Translations under genes and position numbers: made by a program
Notes under the pieces: generated by a model
What the model saw: the letters and a program-made list of their open reading frames with translations, nothing else
What the model was told of the DNA's origin: nothing
Database searches by the model: none
In this document: piece by piece, positions 18,698 through 28,910 of the stretch
How positions within the stretch are numbered: the first letter of the stretch is position 1
How the letters are laid out: every line of letters starts with the position of its first letter
Source: Nitrospirota bacterium
GTDB taxonomy: Bacteria > Nitrospirota > UBA9217
Length of the DNA: 64,000 nt
Reading direction: 5' to 3'
Assembly: GCA_963751455.1 (NCBI GenBank)
Contig: CAVVUN010000009.1
Location: 96,001-160,000 of the forward strand

Positions 18698-21060
18698 TAA
18701 AAGGCATCGTCCAGGGAGTAGGCTTCCGGCCCTTTGTCTTCAATCTGGCGGAATCCCTCGGGCTCAAAGGCTACGTGACGAATACGGGCGCCGGGGTGCT
18801 TATCGAGGTCGAGGGCGAATATCTTCGCTTATTTTTGGAACGCTTGAGCCGTGAGGCGCCTCCGCTTTCCCGGGTTACGGATATTTCAGTTACCCGTCTT
18901 CCCTGTTACGGTTATTCCGATTTTTCGATTCAGGCCAGTATTGATTGCGCTGAAGGCCATCCGTTTACACTCGTCTCTCCCGATGTTTCCGTATGTGATG
19001 ATTGCGTGCGGGAATTCACAGATCCGGCAGACCGGAGATATCTCTATCCCTTCATCAACTGCACGAACTGCGGACCCCGGTTTTCGATTACAAACGCGGT
19101 GCCGTACGATAGGCCGAATACGACAATGGCTTCTTTCGGCATGTGTCCGGATTGCCTTCGTGAATACCATGATCCTCGGGACCGCAGGTTTCACGCCCAG
19201 CCGAATGCCTGCCCGAAATGCGGACCAACAGTCGAATTCAGAGTCCGGGGTGCTGAGCGCCGAGTGAAGGGGACAGATGCAATCAGAGAGACAATAACAC
19301 TGCTGAAACAAGGCGGCATTGTGGCCGTCAAAGGCATTGGTGGTTTTCATATCGCATGCGATGCAGTGAACAACGATGCTGTAAGGATGCTTCGCGAAAG
19401 AAAAAGAAAAAGCAATAAGCCGTTTGCGGTTATGGCGCCTACGGCAGCGGCAGCACAATCTTTCTGCTCGATATCGAAGGAGGAGGAGATGCTTCTTCAA
19501 TCGAACAGGCGGCCGATCGTCCTTCTCAAAAAGCAGGGTGGCGGGTTGTCTGATGACGTAGCACCAAACAATCAGTACGTCGGCGTTATGCTTCCTTATA
19601 CGCCTCTGCATTATCTTCTTTTTCATCATTCTCTCGTTAGGGGGCAACGCGTCGTGGACTCGCATTTCACGGCACTGGTAATGACCAGCGGAAACCTTTC
19701 CGAAGAGCCGATCATCCGGGACAATGACGATGCTCTGAAGAAGCTGGCACATATTGCTGATGGTTTTCTTCTGCATAATCGTGATATCTTTATGCGGGTC
19801 GACGACACGGTCATCCGATTGCGGAGTGAAAATACAGCAGTTTTGTCATCTCAATCCAAAATTTGTTTCATCCGCCGCTCTCGCGGCTATGCCCCCGATC
19901 CGATCGCTCTTCATGACGACGGACCCGAGGTCCTGGGGTGCGGGGCCGACCTTAAGAATACATTCACATTGACCAAAGGAAAATTTGCCATTCCGAGTCA
20001 GCATATCGGCGACATGGAAAATTATGAGACCGTCAGGTTCTACGAAGAGAGCCTTGAGAACCTGAAGGCAGTTTACCGGGCTGATCCGAAGGTGATTATC
20101 CACGATCTGCATCCGGAATACCTGTCCACTAAATGGGCGATAGAATGCGGAGTCAGGAGTGCCGAGTTCGGAGTGAAAACGTATGGTATCCAGCATCACT
20201 ATGCGCACATCGGTTCGGTCATGGCGGAACATGGCCTTAAAGACAAGGTTATCGGGGTCGCTTTGGATGGGACAGGCTATGGTACGGATGGCAATCTCTG
20301 GGGTGGAGAATTTCTTATCGCTGGTATAGACGGGTTTGAGAGGGCAGGACAATTCCAGTATGTGCCTCTTCCTGGCGGTGAAGCAGCAATCAGAGATCCC
20401 TGGAGGACTGCGGTAAGCTATATAGCGGAATCTGAAGGAGCGGGATTATGGGAAAGTTTGGAAATTGCAGGCTTTAAAAGAAAATACGGGAAAGACCTTC
20501 TGGAGAAGGTCATAAAGATTGCCGCATCGAGGGAACTGTCTCCTCTTGCCTCAGGAGCCGGCAGGCTGTTCGATGCTGTTTCAGCGCTCCTCGGTATCTG
20601 CGATAGAAATACATTTGAAGGCGAGGCTGCAATGGCATTGGAATCCTTTACTTGCGACGGCATTGAGGACGAGTATCCGTTTGAGTTGCGAGAAAAAAAA
20701 GAATATACTGTCGTACAATTCAGCACAACATTCAAGGCGATCCTGTCCGATATGGCGGAAACAGTAAGTACTGAAAAGATGTCGACCCGCTTTCATAATA
20801 CTGTGATATCGGCCATACGCAGGACTGTAGGAAAGATAACAGAACAGTCCGGGATTACTGACGTCGCGCTGAGCGGCGGAACGTTCCAGAACAGGTATAT
20901 TTTGAATAAAACGCTGACGGCGCTTTCGTCAGACGGTATGCAGGTTTACACCAACCTGAATGTTCCCTGCAATGACGGAGGCATTTCACTCGGTCAGGCA
21001 TACCTGGTCAGGGAGAGGCTTAAGGAGTGCGGAATTCGAAGTGCGGAGAGCGGAGTTTAG
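18673..21060 (+). CDS. hypF: Carbamoyltransferase HypF
   Basis: GIVQGVGFRP, zinc fingers CTNCGPR and CPKCGP, KGIGGFH, QHHYAH, DGTGYG, NDGGISLGQ. Confidence 0.96.
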   Translation: MVERAQVIVKGIVQGVGFRPFVFNLAESLGLKGYVTNTGAGVLIEVEGEYLRLFLERLSREAPPLSRVTDISVTRLPCYGYSDFSIQASIDCAEGHPFTLVSPDVSVCDDCVREFTDPADRRYLYPFINCTNCGPRFSITNAVPYDRPNTTMASFGMCPDCLREYHDPRDRRFHAQPNACPKCGPTVEFRVRGAERRVKGTDAIRETITLLKQGGIVAVKGIGGFHIACDAVNNDAVRMLRERKRKSNKPFAVMAPTAAAAQSFCSISKEEEMLLQSNRRPIVLLKKQGGGLSDDVAPNNQYVGVMLPYTPLHYLLFHHSLVRGQRVVDSHFTALVMTSGNLSEEPIIRDNDDALKKLAHIADGFLLHNRDIFMRVDDTVIRLRSENTAVLSSQSKICFIRRSRGYAPDPIALHDDGPEVLGCGADLKNTFTLTKGKFAIPSQHIGDMENYETVRFYEESLENLKAVYRADPKVIIHDLHPEYLSTKWAIECGVRSAEFGVKTYGIQHHYAHIGSVMAEHGLKDKVIGVALDGTGYGTDGNLWGGEFLIAGIDGFERAGQFQYVPLPGGEAAIRDPWRTAVSYIAESEGAGLWESLEIAGFKRKYGKDLLEKVIKIAASRELSPLASGAGRLFDAVSALLGICDRNTFEGEAAMALESFTCDGIEDEYPFELREKKEYTVVQFSTTFKAILSDMAETVSTEKMSTRFHNTVISAIRRTVGKITEQSGITDVALSGGTFQNRYILNKTLTALSSDGMQVYTNLNVPCNDGGISLGQAYLVRERLKECGIRSAESGV

Positions 21061-21061
21061 C

Positions 21062-22120
21062 ATGAAACAAATGCTTCAGGAAATGCATACACTGGCCGAG
21101 GGCATCGGCAGGCCGATTAAACTGATGGAGGTCTGCGGAACCCATACGGTCGAAATATTCAGGCATGGGGTGAGGGACGTTATTCCTAAAAGCATCACGC
21201 TTCTCAGCGGTCCTGGATGCCCGGTTTGCGTTACTTCGGTTCGCGATGTTGATGCCGCAATTGCTATTGCAAGCGTCCCGGGCGTCATTTTAACGACGTT
21301 CGGGGACATGATGCGCGTGCCCGGTGGAAAGCAGTCAATGCTCGAAGCCCGTTCGGAAGGCGCGGACATCCGTGTCCTCTATTCGCCGATCGACGCCCTT
21401 TCGCTTGCGCAAAAAGAAAAAAGCCGCGAAGTGGTTTTTTTCGCGACCGGCTTCGAGACAACATCTCCGCTCATCGCGGGGACAATCGCCCATGCCGAAC
21501 AGGCAATGGTTCGAAACTTCTCAATATATACTGCGCACAAACTGGTACCTCCTGCGTTAAAGGCATTGCTGGATTCGCCCGATGTGAAGGTCGACGGTTT
21601 TATCCTTCCCGGCCATGTAAGCACGATTATCGGGAAAAAACCGTACGAATTCGCGGCATCTCAGTATCATATACCTTCAGTGATTACCGGTTTCGAGGCA
21701 GGGGAGATCATAGAAGGAATCCTGATGATTCTCAGGCAGATCGCGCAAAGGCGCGCCGCTGTCGAGATCCAGTATGTAAAAGCGGTAAAGGCAGAGGGGA
21801 ACCCGCGGGCTGTAGAATTGCTGGAAAAATATTTCGAACCGGATGATGCATACTGGCGAGGCATTGGGGTAATTCCGAACAGCGGATTAAAACTGAGGGA
21901 GGCGTATTCCTCATTCGATGCGAACAGGAAATTCAAGCCTCCTGCATCTGACGCTGTCGAACCGGAGCTTTGCTCCTGCGGTGATATCCTGCGGGGCGTG
22001 AAGATACCGACCGAATGTGCCTTATTCGGGACAGGCTGTACCCCCGAGTCTCCGATCGGTCCCTGCATGGTAAGCACAGAAGGAAGCTGCGCCGCATACT
22101 ATAAATACGGACAAAGATAA
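21062..22120 (+). CDS. hypD: Hydrogenase formation protein HypD
   Basis: MEVCGTH, GPGCPVC, GFETT, PGHVS, CMVSTEGSC. Confidence 0.96.
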   Translation: MKQMLQEMHTLAEGIGRPIKLMEVCGTHTVEIFRHGVRDVIPKSITLLSGPGCPVCVTSVRDVDAAIAIASVPGVILTTFGDMMRVPGGKQSMLEARSEGADIRVLYSPIDALSLAQKEKSREVVFFATGFETTSPLIAGTIAHAEQAMVRNFSIYTAHKLVPPALKALLDSPDVKVDGFILPGHVSTIIGKKPYEFAASQYHIPSVITGFEAGEIIEGILMILRQIAQRRAAVEIQYVKAVKAEGNPRAVELLEKYFEPDDAYWRGIGVIPNSGLKLREAYSSFDANRKFKPPASDAVEPELCSCGDILRGVKIPTECALFGTGCTPESPIGPCMVSTEGSCAAYYKYGQR

Positions 22121-22243
22121 AATTCCAATCACAAATCCCAAATAACAACCAAACTTCAAGATCCAACGTTTGAAACGTTTGAAATTTCATAATTGAAATT
22201 TGGAGCTTATTTGTGATTTATTGCTTGTAATTTGGATCTTTAT
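22118..22243. repeat. AT-rich heptamer-periodic inverted-repeat element
   Basis: AAATTCCAATCACAAATCCCAAATAACAA ... TTGGAGCTTATTTGTGATTTATTGCTTGTAATTTGGA. Confidence 0.6.
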
Positions 22244-22262
22244 ATTTCACTTCGAGGTGTTC

Positions 22263-23252
22263 ATGGACAGAATACTCCTGGGTCACGGCAGCGGTGGAAA
22301 GCTCATGCACGAGCTCATTACCCGTCATTTCAGTCCTGCCTTCGGCATCAAGGGGTCCGGTGACTCGGCTGTCTTAGACGTCCCCCCGGGACGGCTTGCT
22401 TATACAACGGATTCCTACGTGGTTACCCCGCTTTTTTTCCCGGGAGGTAATATCGGCGACCTTGCGGTGAACGGCACCGTGAACGACCTCGCAGTTTCCG
22501 GAGCTGAACCGCTCTACCTGACAGCGGGCTTCGTCATCGAAGAAGGTTTTCTCCTGTCAGACCTCAAGACCATTGTTGCCTCCATGGCGTCTGCTGCTTC
22601 AAAGGCCGGTGTCAAGATCGTTGCCGGCGATACCAAGGTTGTGAATAAGGGCAAGGCTGACGGCATATTCATCAATACATCAGGCATTGGCGTTCTTCCC
22701 GACGGCAGGGAGAGTTCCGCCGCGCGGATCAGGAAAGGGGACAAGATCATCATCAGCGGGGAAATAGGCTGCCATGGCGTTGCGGTCATAGCAGAGAGAA
22801 ACGGACTCACCTTCGATCCGGCGATTATGACCGACACCCGCGCCCTCAATGAAGTGGTCCGGAGCATGTATTCAGTGTCGCAGGAAATCCACTTCATGCG
22901 GGACCCTACGCGCGGAGGCCTTGCCACGACCCTGAAGGAAGCAGCTCTCGAATCCGGACTGTGCATGCGAATCCGGGAGAACGCTTTGCCGGTGCCTCCA
23001 GGCGTCAAGGGCGCCTGCAGCCTTCTCGGACTCGATCCGCTGTTTGTTGCGAATGAAGGCATCCTGATCGCCCTTGTTGGTCCAGACGTCGCAGAATCCG
23101 TCCTTTCTGCGATGAAAAGGCATGACCGTCAAGCTGCAATTATCGGAGAGGCAGCTGAAACGCCTTCGGGAATGGTCCTGCTCGAAACGGCGATCGGAGG
23201 CAGCCGTATGATTGACATGCTCCAAGGGGAACAGTTGCCGCGAATATGTTAA
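22263..23252 (+). CDS. hypE: Hydrogenase formation protein HypE
   Basis: HGSGG, TTDSY, GDTKV, RDPTRGG, C-terminal LPRIC. Confidence 0.96.
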   Translation: MDRILLGHGSGGKLMHELITRHFSPAFGIKGSGDSAVLDVPPGRLAYTTDSYVVTPLFFPGGNIGDLAVNGTVNDLAVSGAEPLYLTAGFVIEEGFLLSDLKTIVASMASAASKAGVKIVAGDTKVVNKGKADGIFINTSGIGVLPDGRESSAARIRKGDKIIISGEIGCHGVAVIAERNGLTFDPAIMTDTRALNEVVRSMYSVSQEIHFMRDPTRGGLATTLKEAALESGLCMRIRENALPVPPGVKGACSLLGLDPLFVANEGILIALVGPDVAESVLSAMKRHDRQAAIIGEAAETPSGMVLLETAIGGSRMIDMLQGEQLPRIC

Positions 23253-23471
23253 CTGCTCAGTGTTTTCCGCATTGCTATCCCGAACAGTTCTGCAAGAGAT
23301 CAGTTTCAAACAACCGGATTACCGCTAAAGCGGCGCGGGATCGACACGAGGCGCATATCGCCTTGCCCGCCGCACTATCTCCTTTACATGGTCAACAAAA
23401 TATAGTATCAATACCCGAAGCGCCGTCTCGCGCCCTTCGGGGCTTTCCAATTTCATTTCATTGTTTTGATA

Positions 23472-24788
23472 ATGCAAAAAAACATCCGTCAACAGGTCTT
23501 TTCCCTGGCCCTTCCCGTTGTCCTTTCGAGTCTGCTCCAGCGCTCGGTCGGCATTGTCGATATATTTCTCGTCGGAGGCCTCGGCGCATCGGCCATTGCA
23601 GCCGTCGGCATTGCCCAGGTTCTGGTCTTCGTTGTCATGAGCGTCTCCTGGGGTGTCAATATCGGGGCCACGGTCCTGGTCGCCCAGTTGTGGGGCGCGG
23701 ACCGAAAGGCAGACGCGGCTAAGGCCGCGTACCAGGCCATTCTCCTGGCGCTGATTGCGGCTGCATGTATTACCGCTTTGGGTCTTACATTCGGGAGTAT
23801 GGTGGGGTCTCTTCTCGGCGCATCCGGTGAAGTTCGGCTGATCCTCGGGGACTATACGGAAATACTTTTCACCTTCATAGTTTTTACTATGGGGATCAAC
23901 ATCCTTTCCGGCATAATGCATGGGACTGGCGATACGAGGACCCCACTGTACGCCACCCTGATCGTGAACATCCTTCATGTGGCAGTTGCTTATCCCTTAA
24001 TCTATGGTCATTTAGGCCTTCCCGCTCTCGGTGTAAAGGGCGCCGCAATCGCCATCGCTGTTTCGGAATCCATGGGCGCCGCGTTCCTGTTCATCCGCTC
24101 GGTGCATAAACGCTACATAAGAATAAGCACCTCGATAGAAATGAAATATACTGCCATGACGATCAGGCTGGGATATCCGATCTTTATCGACCGGCTGCTC
24201 CAGAACACGGGTTCTCTGATGTTCGCGAAGGTCATACTGCTGTACGGGACAACAGTATACGCTGCGCACCAGGTCGGCCTTGCAATCGAGGCGTTCTCAT
24301 TCATGCCCGGGTACGGGATTGCCGTTGCCGCCGCTACCATGGTCGGCCAGAACCTGGGAGCGGGGAAACCCGAGGATGCCCGCATCTCGTCATTCGAAGC
24401 AAATCGCCTTGCGGTCATCCTGATGGCGGCCATGGGACTTGTCTTCTTTTTCTTTCCGTATGCGCTTCTCAAGGCGTTTACCGGCGATCAGGAAGTGATT
24501 CAATACGGGATCATGTACATGAAAATAGTGGCCTTTGCGCAGATACCGCTTGCAATTACGATGGTGCTGGGAGGATCGCTTCGGGGCGCAGGAGATACCG
24601 GGTTCATCATGTTTGCGACTATTGCGGGCATGTGGTTCGTGCGGCTGCCTGTCGCTGCAGTGCTTGCATCTGTTTTCAATATGGGTGTCCGCGTCGTCTG
24701 GTCGGTCATGATCCTGGACTGGCTGATCCGCATGTCGATCTTGCTCTGGCGGTATCGCAGGGAGAGGTGGGGCAGGTTGAACATCTAA
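23472..24788 (+). CDS. MATE family efflux transporter
   Basis: About 12 TM; G-GDTRTP, GVKGAA, GQNLGAG. Confidence 0.9.
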   Translation: MQKNIRQQVFSLALPVVLSSLLQRSVGIVDIFLVGGLGASAIAAVGIAQVLVFVVMSVSWGVNIGATVLVAQLWGADRKADAAKAAYQAILLALIAAACITALGLTFGSMVGSLLGASGEVRLILGDYTEILFTFIVFTMGINILSGIMHGTGDTRTPLYATLIVNILHVAVAYPLIYGHLGLPALGVKGAAIAIAVSESMGAAFLFIRSVHKRYIRISTSIEMKYTAMTIRLGYPIFIDRLLQNTGSLMFAKVILLYGTTVYAAHQVGLAIEAFSFMPGYGIAVAAATMVGQNLGAGKPEDARISSFEANRLAVILMAAMGLVFFFFPYALLKAFTGDQEVIQYGIMYMKIVAFAQIPLAITMVLGGSLRGAGDTGFIMFATIAGMWFVRLPVAAVLASVFNMGVRVVWSVMILDWLIRMSILLWRYRRERWGRLNI

Positions 24789-24847
24789 TCACGAAATACG
24801 AAGCATTAAAATTTAACCAAACAACCAATGAACCTGAAAAAAGCAGT

Positions 24848-24982
24848 TGGACACGGATAAAATCTGATCAACACGGATTTATAGGAAGTTACGAACAGTA
24901 ATGGATTCACCCAAAAGGCGAGATGGCTTTTTGCTCTATCACATTGTTTTGATCCGCTGTTTCCGTGTTCATCCGTGTTCAA
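24848..24982. repeat. Inverted-repeat element built from ACACGGAT units
   Basis: GGACACGGATAAAATCTGATCAACACGGAT ... TTCCGTGTTCATCCGTGTTC. Confidence 0.65.
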
Positions 24983-25076
24983 ATGCCGTTTTTAGGATGA
25001 ACAGTTCGGATCTTTAAAATATTTGAAATAAATTTGGATATGAGTTACAATCGAACCACCGCGAAAGGAGGGTCCT

Positions 25077-25253
25077 GTGACTGACATTCCAGGTATGATC
25101 GGCAAGCACGTTGAAGTGATTGCGAATGGGATCCTATACATCGGGGTTTTGATCGAAGTGTCGGATACTGATGTGAACCTGAAGGCGGCCTTCCAATGGA
25201 TAACACTTCCCGTTTCCTCGGTCAGCGTCATCAGGCTCAAAAAAAACGGTTAA
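25077..25253 (+). CDS. Small 58-aa protein, predicted Sm/LSm-like beta barrel (absent from the ORF track)
   Basis: SD AAGGAGG plus GTG; MTDIPGMIGKHVEVIANGILYIGVLIEVSDTDVNLKAAFQWITLPVSSVSVIRLKKNG*. Confidence 0.7.
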   Translation: MTDIPGMIGKHVEVIANGILYIGVLIEVSDTDVNLKAAFQWITLPVSSVSVIRLKKNG

Positions 25254-25262
25254 TGCCGGAAG

Positions 25263-26621
25263 CTATGTCGCCTCGATCCTCAATTTTTTCAGTTTTCGAT
25301 AGAGCGTTGCGAGGTCGATACCGAGTTTATTCGCCGTTGCTTCCTTGTTTCCCTTGTTCTCAGTCAGGCTCCGCTTGATGTAATCGCGCTCGAAGTTATC
25401 GAGAGCCTGGCGCAGGGACGAAGTGGGGACGCCCTCTATGTCCAGCGTCCTGAATTTGTCGGTCAGGTCGTGGATAGTGATTACTTCACCGTCGGCAAGC
25501 ACGACCGCCCGCTCGATCGTGTTCCTGAGTTCCCGGATGTTTCCCGGCCATTCGTAAGCAAGAAGAGCCTGCATCGCTTCATAATCGATATCCTTGATGT
25601 TTTTCCCCGACTCCCTCGCAAACATGTCAAGGTAGTGCCTTATCAACACCGGGATATCATCGCTCCGCTCCCTGAGAGCGGGCATACTGATCTCAATCAC
25701 GTTCAAACGATAATAGAGGTCTTCCCGAAAACGATTTTCTTTTACGCGCTGCATCAGGTTGGCGTTCGTGGCCGCTATGATCCTGACGTCGACAGTGATG
25801 ACCCTCGTGTCTCCGACCGGTGTCAGCTCCTTCATTTGAATCACATTCAGAAGCTTTACCTGGAGAGAGGGCGGCAGTTCGCCTATCTCGTCAAGGAAAA
25901 GCGTGCCGCCGTTTGCCATCGTGATCAGCCCCTTTTTGTCTTCAACCGCCGACGTAAAAGAGCCTTTTTTGTGACCGAACAGTTCGCTTTCGAGCAGGTT
26001 TTCGGGGATTGCGCCGCAATTGATGGAAATAAAGGGCTTGTCCTTGCGCAGGCCGCCTTCATGAATGGCCTGGGCCACCAGGCCCTTGCCTGTTCCGCTG
26101 TCGCCGGTAATCAGGATATTGGTCTTGCTCGGGATCACCTTTTCCATGATCGAAAAAACCTTCTGCATCGGCTCCGAGCTGCCGATTATGTTCTTGAAGG
26201 CCGCCGGACGCTGGCTCAACTCCTGCCGCAGAATCTGGTTTTCCATCTGCAGCTGCCTGCCCTCCAGGATCCTGCGGATTGTCAGCCGGATTTCGTCGTT
26301 AATGAAGGGTTTCGTAATGTAGTCAGAAGCGCCCGCCCTCATGGCTTCGACTGCGGACCCGACTGAGGCGAAGGCGGTCATCATGATTAAGGTGGTTTCG
26401 GGGCTTATCTTTTGCGCTTCTTTCAGGACCTGGAACCCGTCTACTTTTTCCATTTTGATGTCTGTCATGACGATGTCGAAGTTTTCCTGCTTGATGCGCT
26501 CAAGCGCCTGCTCTCCGTTGTAGGCTTCCTTCACAGCATAGCCTTCTTTGGTCAGCAGTATATTGAGCGCCATGCAGATGTCTTTTTCATCGTCGACGAC
26601 CAGAATGTTGGCTTTTTGCAT
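25263..26621 (-). CDS. Sigma54-dependent response regulator (NtrC family)
   Basis: REC domain; GDSGTGKG; GSFTSA (GAFTGA variant); FLDEIG; C-terminal HTH. Confidence 0.95.
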   Translation of the reverse strand: MQKANILVVDDEKDICMALNILLTKEGYAVKEAYNGEQALERIKQENFDIVMTDIKMEKVDGFQVLKEAQKISPETTLIMMTAFASVGSAVEAMRAGASDYITKPFINDEIRLTIRRILEGRQLQMENQILRQELSQRPAAFKNIIGSSEPMQKVFSIMEKVIPSKTNILITGDSGTGKGLVAQAIHEGGLRKDKPFISINCGAIPENLLESELFGHKKGSFTSAVEDKKGLITMANGGTLFLDEIGELPPSLQVKLLNVIQMKELTPVGDTRVITVDVRIIAATNANLMQRVKENRFREDLYYRLNVIEISMPALRERSDDIPVLIRHYLDMFARESGKNIKDIDYEAMQALLAYEWPGNIRELRNTIERAVVLADGEVITIHDLTDKFRTLDIEGVPTSSLRQALDNFERDYIKRSLTENKGNKEATANKLGIDLATLYRKLKKLRIEAT

Positions 26622-26630
26622 GATGAGGCT

Positions 26631-28868
26631 TTACTCCTTCTCTATCGGCAGTAGTATTGTAAAGATGGTTCCCTTGCCCGGTTCGCTTTCCACCGTGATG
26701 TCGCCTTTGAAGCCCCTGACGATATTGTAGCTGAGCGAAAGGCCGAGCCCGGTGCCTTTGCCTACTTCCTTCGTCGTGTAGAAGGGATCGAAGATCTTTT
26801 CAAGGTCCTGTTCCGGTATGCCGATCCCCGTGTCCGCAAACTCTATCAGGATCGAGTCGCGTCCCTGGTCATCCATGTGCCGCCGGGTGGAAACGTTGAG
26901 TTTGCCTCCCTCAGGCATCGCATCGAATGCATTCAGAATAATATTCATGAAGACCTGGGACATCTGTCCCTCGTCCACCATGGTCGTGGGAAGGTCCCGA
27001 TCCAGAGCAACGGAGATAGTGATCGTACTCTTCATGCGTTTATCCAGGCGCATGAGGTCGAGTGTTGAATCCAACACTTCATTCAGTTGCACCGCTTTTA
27101 TGTTCAGGGCGTCAGCGCGTGAAAACGTGGACATCCTTCGCACGATATCGGTGATCCGCTGGATGTGGTTGTTGATGACGTCCAGGCTGCTCTGAGTGAA
27201 TTCATCCTGGGCCATCTCGCGCAGCATCTGCGCGAAAGTAGAGATAGATGTCAGCGGGTTGCCGATCTCGTGGGCCACACCTGCTGCAAGTCTTCCGAGC
27301 GAAGCGAGCTTCTCGGAGTGCATCACTTGCTGTTCGAGCTTCTTTGCCGTGGCCGTACCTTTATCAACCTTGTCTTCGAGCTCGACTGTGTAGAGCTTGA
27401 GCGCTTCCTCGAGCTGAACGCGCTTCGTTACGTCATTGCTGGTTATGAGCACCCCCGGGGTCCGGCCGTTGATCAGCAGGGGGCTGATGTTCATGGCAAG
27501 GTAAAGAGGAGAATCATTGAGGCCGGTTATCCTGTAATCGTTTATCTCGAAGCTGTGGCCCATAAGCGTTTTTTGCAATATTGTTTCAAACGGTATACCC
27601 CGATATGAAGGGAGGCTTTCGGGGAACAGCGAAGCAAGGCGCTTCCCGACGAGATCCTCCTTGGGTTTGCCGAACGTCTGGGCCTGCGAAGAATTTGCGC
27701 TTCTGACGACGAGATCGTGGTCGAGCACCATGAGATTGGTCCTCGTATTTTCGACGATGTTCTCAAGATAATTTTTGGAGATCTCGATCTCTCGCTCGAG
27801 CCGCTCATGATTTTCGAGGTGCCTGGTCCGTTCCTCCGCTTTGATCTTTTTCTTGTTCGTGATGATCATCGCAGCCGAAGCCGCTATCGTTGTGATGAAG
27901 ATGGACATGATCAGCAGCGAGTAGAAGCGCCTGCTTTTCTGCATCAGCGCGATCACCTCCGAGTACGGGGCAGAAACTATGACCAGCCAGGATTTTCTCG
28001 CAATCGGGAGTTTGTAGAACGCCGCAAGTTTGTTTTCTCCGCCGGGTGCTTCATACGAGCCGAAGGTCTCGGCAGCTCCTTCGATCATCCTTTTTTCGGT
28101 ATCAAAGGATTTATGGCACTCGAAACAGGAGCGGTCGGTATGGTAAAGGTTCTTGCCGACCATCTGCGGCTGGTTTGGATGGAAGAGCAAGGTGCCCTCG
28201 CTGTCCATCATCCAGGCATAGCCCCGCGAGCCTGATTTGACCGGCGCGATGAACTTCTGGGTAATGCCGTCAAGCGAAAGCACGGCCAGAACGACTCCGT
28301 TGAATTCCGAAATGTCCGAACCGGGCAGCCGGTCATAGATAGAAGTGGCAATAATGAACTGTTTGGATTCAGGGTGGATGTCCTGCACCGGAAGCAGGTC
28401 GGTCACCATTTTTTCATTCCTCGGCAGCAGCCTGGCTTGCTTGAAAAAATCGGTATCGGACAGATTAACGCCCTCCCGGCCGGGAAAGGCGCTATCGTAA
28501 ACCACTATCCCGTTTTTATTGACCACCCGTATCGTGACGAGGGCCTCGTTCTGGATATTGAAATTGATCATTTCGGCGACCGGACGGCACTGGCTGCCGT
28601 CGTCGACTGATTGAATTTGAGGCATGCGGGAGATGACGGTGATGTCCTTGTATGCATGCTCGATGAAGGATTCGATATTGATTGCGACTTCACGCGCGAG
28701 CAGGAGTTGCTGCTGGTTGAACTGACCCGCCATTTCCTCCTGCAGGGATTGATGGAAGAACTGCCCGAGAATGATGATGAGCGACAGCACAAAGAGCAGC
28801 GACAGGATGTAAAGAGAGGGAATGAAGAGTTCTTTTTTCTTGAGGGCTCCGATAAGGCCTTGAAACAT
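26631..28868 (-). CDS. Sensor histidine kinase: TM, Cache domain with heme-c motif, TM, PAS, HisKA, HATPase
   Basis: CFECH in the periplasmic part; AHEIGNPL; N, G1, F and G2 boxes. Confidence 0.9.
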   Translation of the reverse strand: MFQGLIGALKKKELFIPSLYILSLLFVLSLIIILGQFFHQSLQEEMAGQFNQQQLLLAREVAINIESFIEHAYKDITVISRMPQIQSVDDGSQCRPVAEMINFNIQNEALVTIRVVNKNGIVVYDSAFPGREGVNLSDTDFFKQARLLPRNEKMVTDLLPVQDIHPESKQFIIATSIYDRLPGSDISEFNGVVLAVLSLDGITQKFIAPVKSGSRGYAWMMDSEGTLLFHPNQPQMVGKNLYHTDRSCFECHKSFDTEKRMIEGAAETFGSYEAPGGENKLAAFYKLPIARKSWLVIVSAPYSEVIALMQKSRRFYSLLIMSIFITTIAASAAMIITNKKKIKAEERTRHLENHERLEREIEISKNYLENIVENTRTNLMVLDHDLVVRSANSSQAQTFGKPKEDLVGKRLASLFPESLPSYRGIPFETILQKTLMGHSFEINDYRITGLNDSPLYLAMNISPLLINGRTPGVLITSNDVTKRVQLEEALKLYTVELEDKVDKGTATAKKLEQQVMHSEKLASLGRLAAGVAHEIGNPLTSISTFAQMLREMAQDEFTQSSLDVINNHIQRITDIVRRMSTFSRADALNIKAVQLNEVLDSTLDLMRLDKRMKSTITISVALDRDLPTTMVDEGQMSQVFMNIILNAFDAMPEGGKLNVSTRRHMDDQGRDSILIEFADTGIGIPEQDLEKIFDPFYTTKEVGKGTGLGLSLSYNIVRGFKGDITVESEPGKGTIFTILLPIEKE

Positions 28869-28910
28869 GCGTAATTTTCTTCTAAACCGGCGGAAAAGTC
28901 AAGGAGGAAG

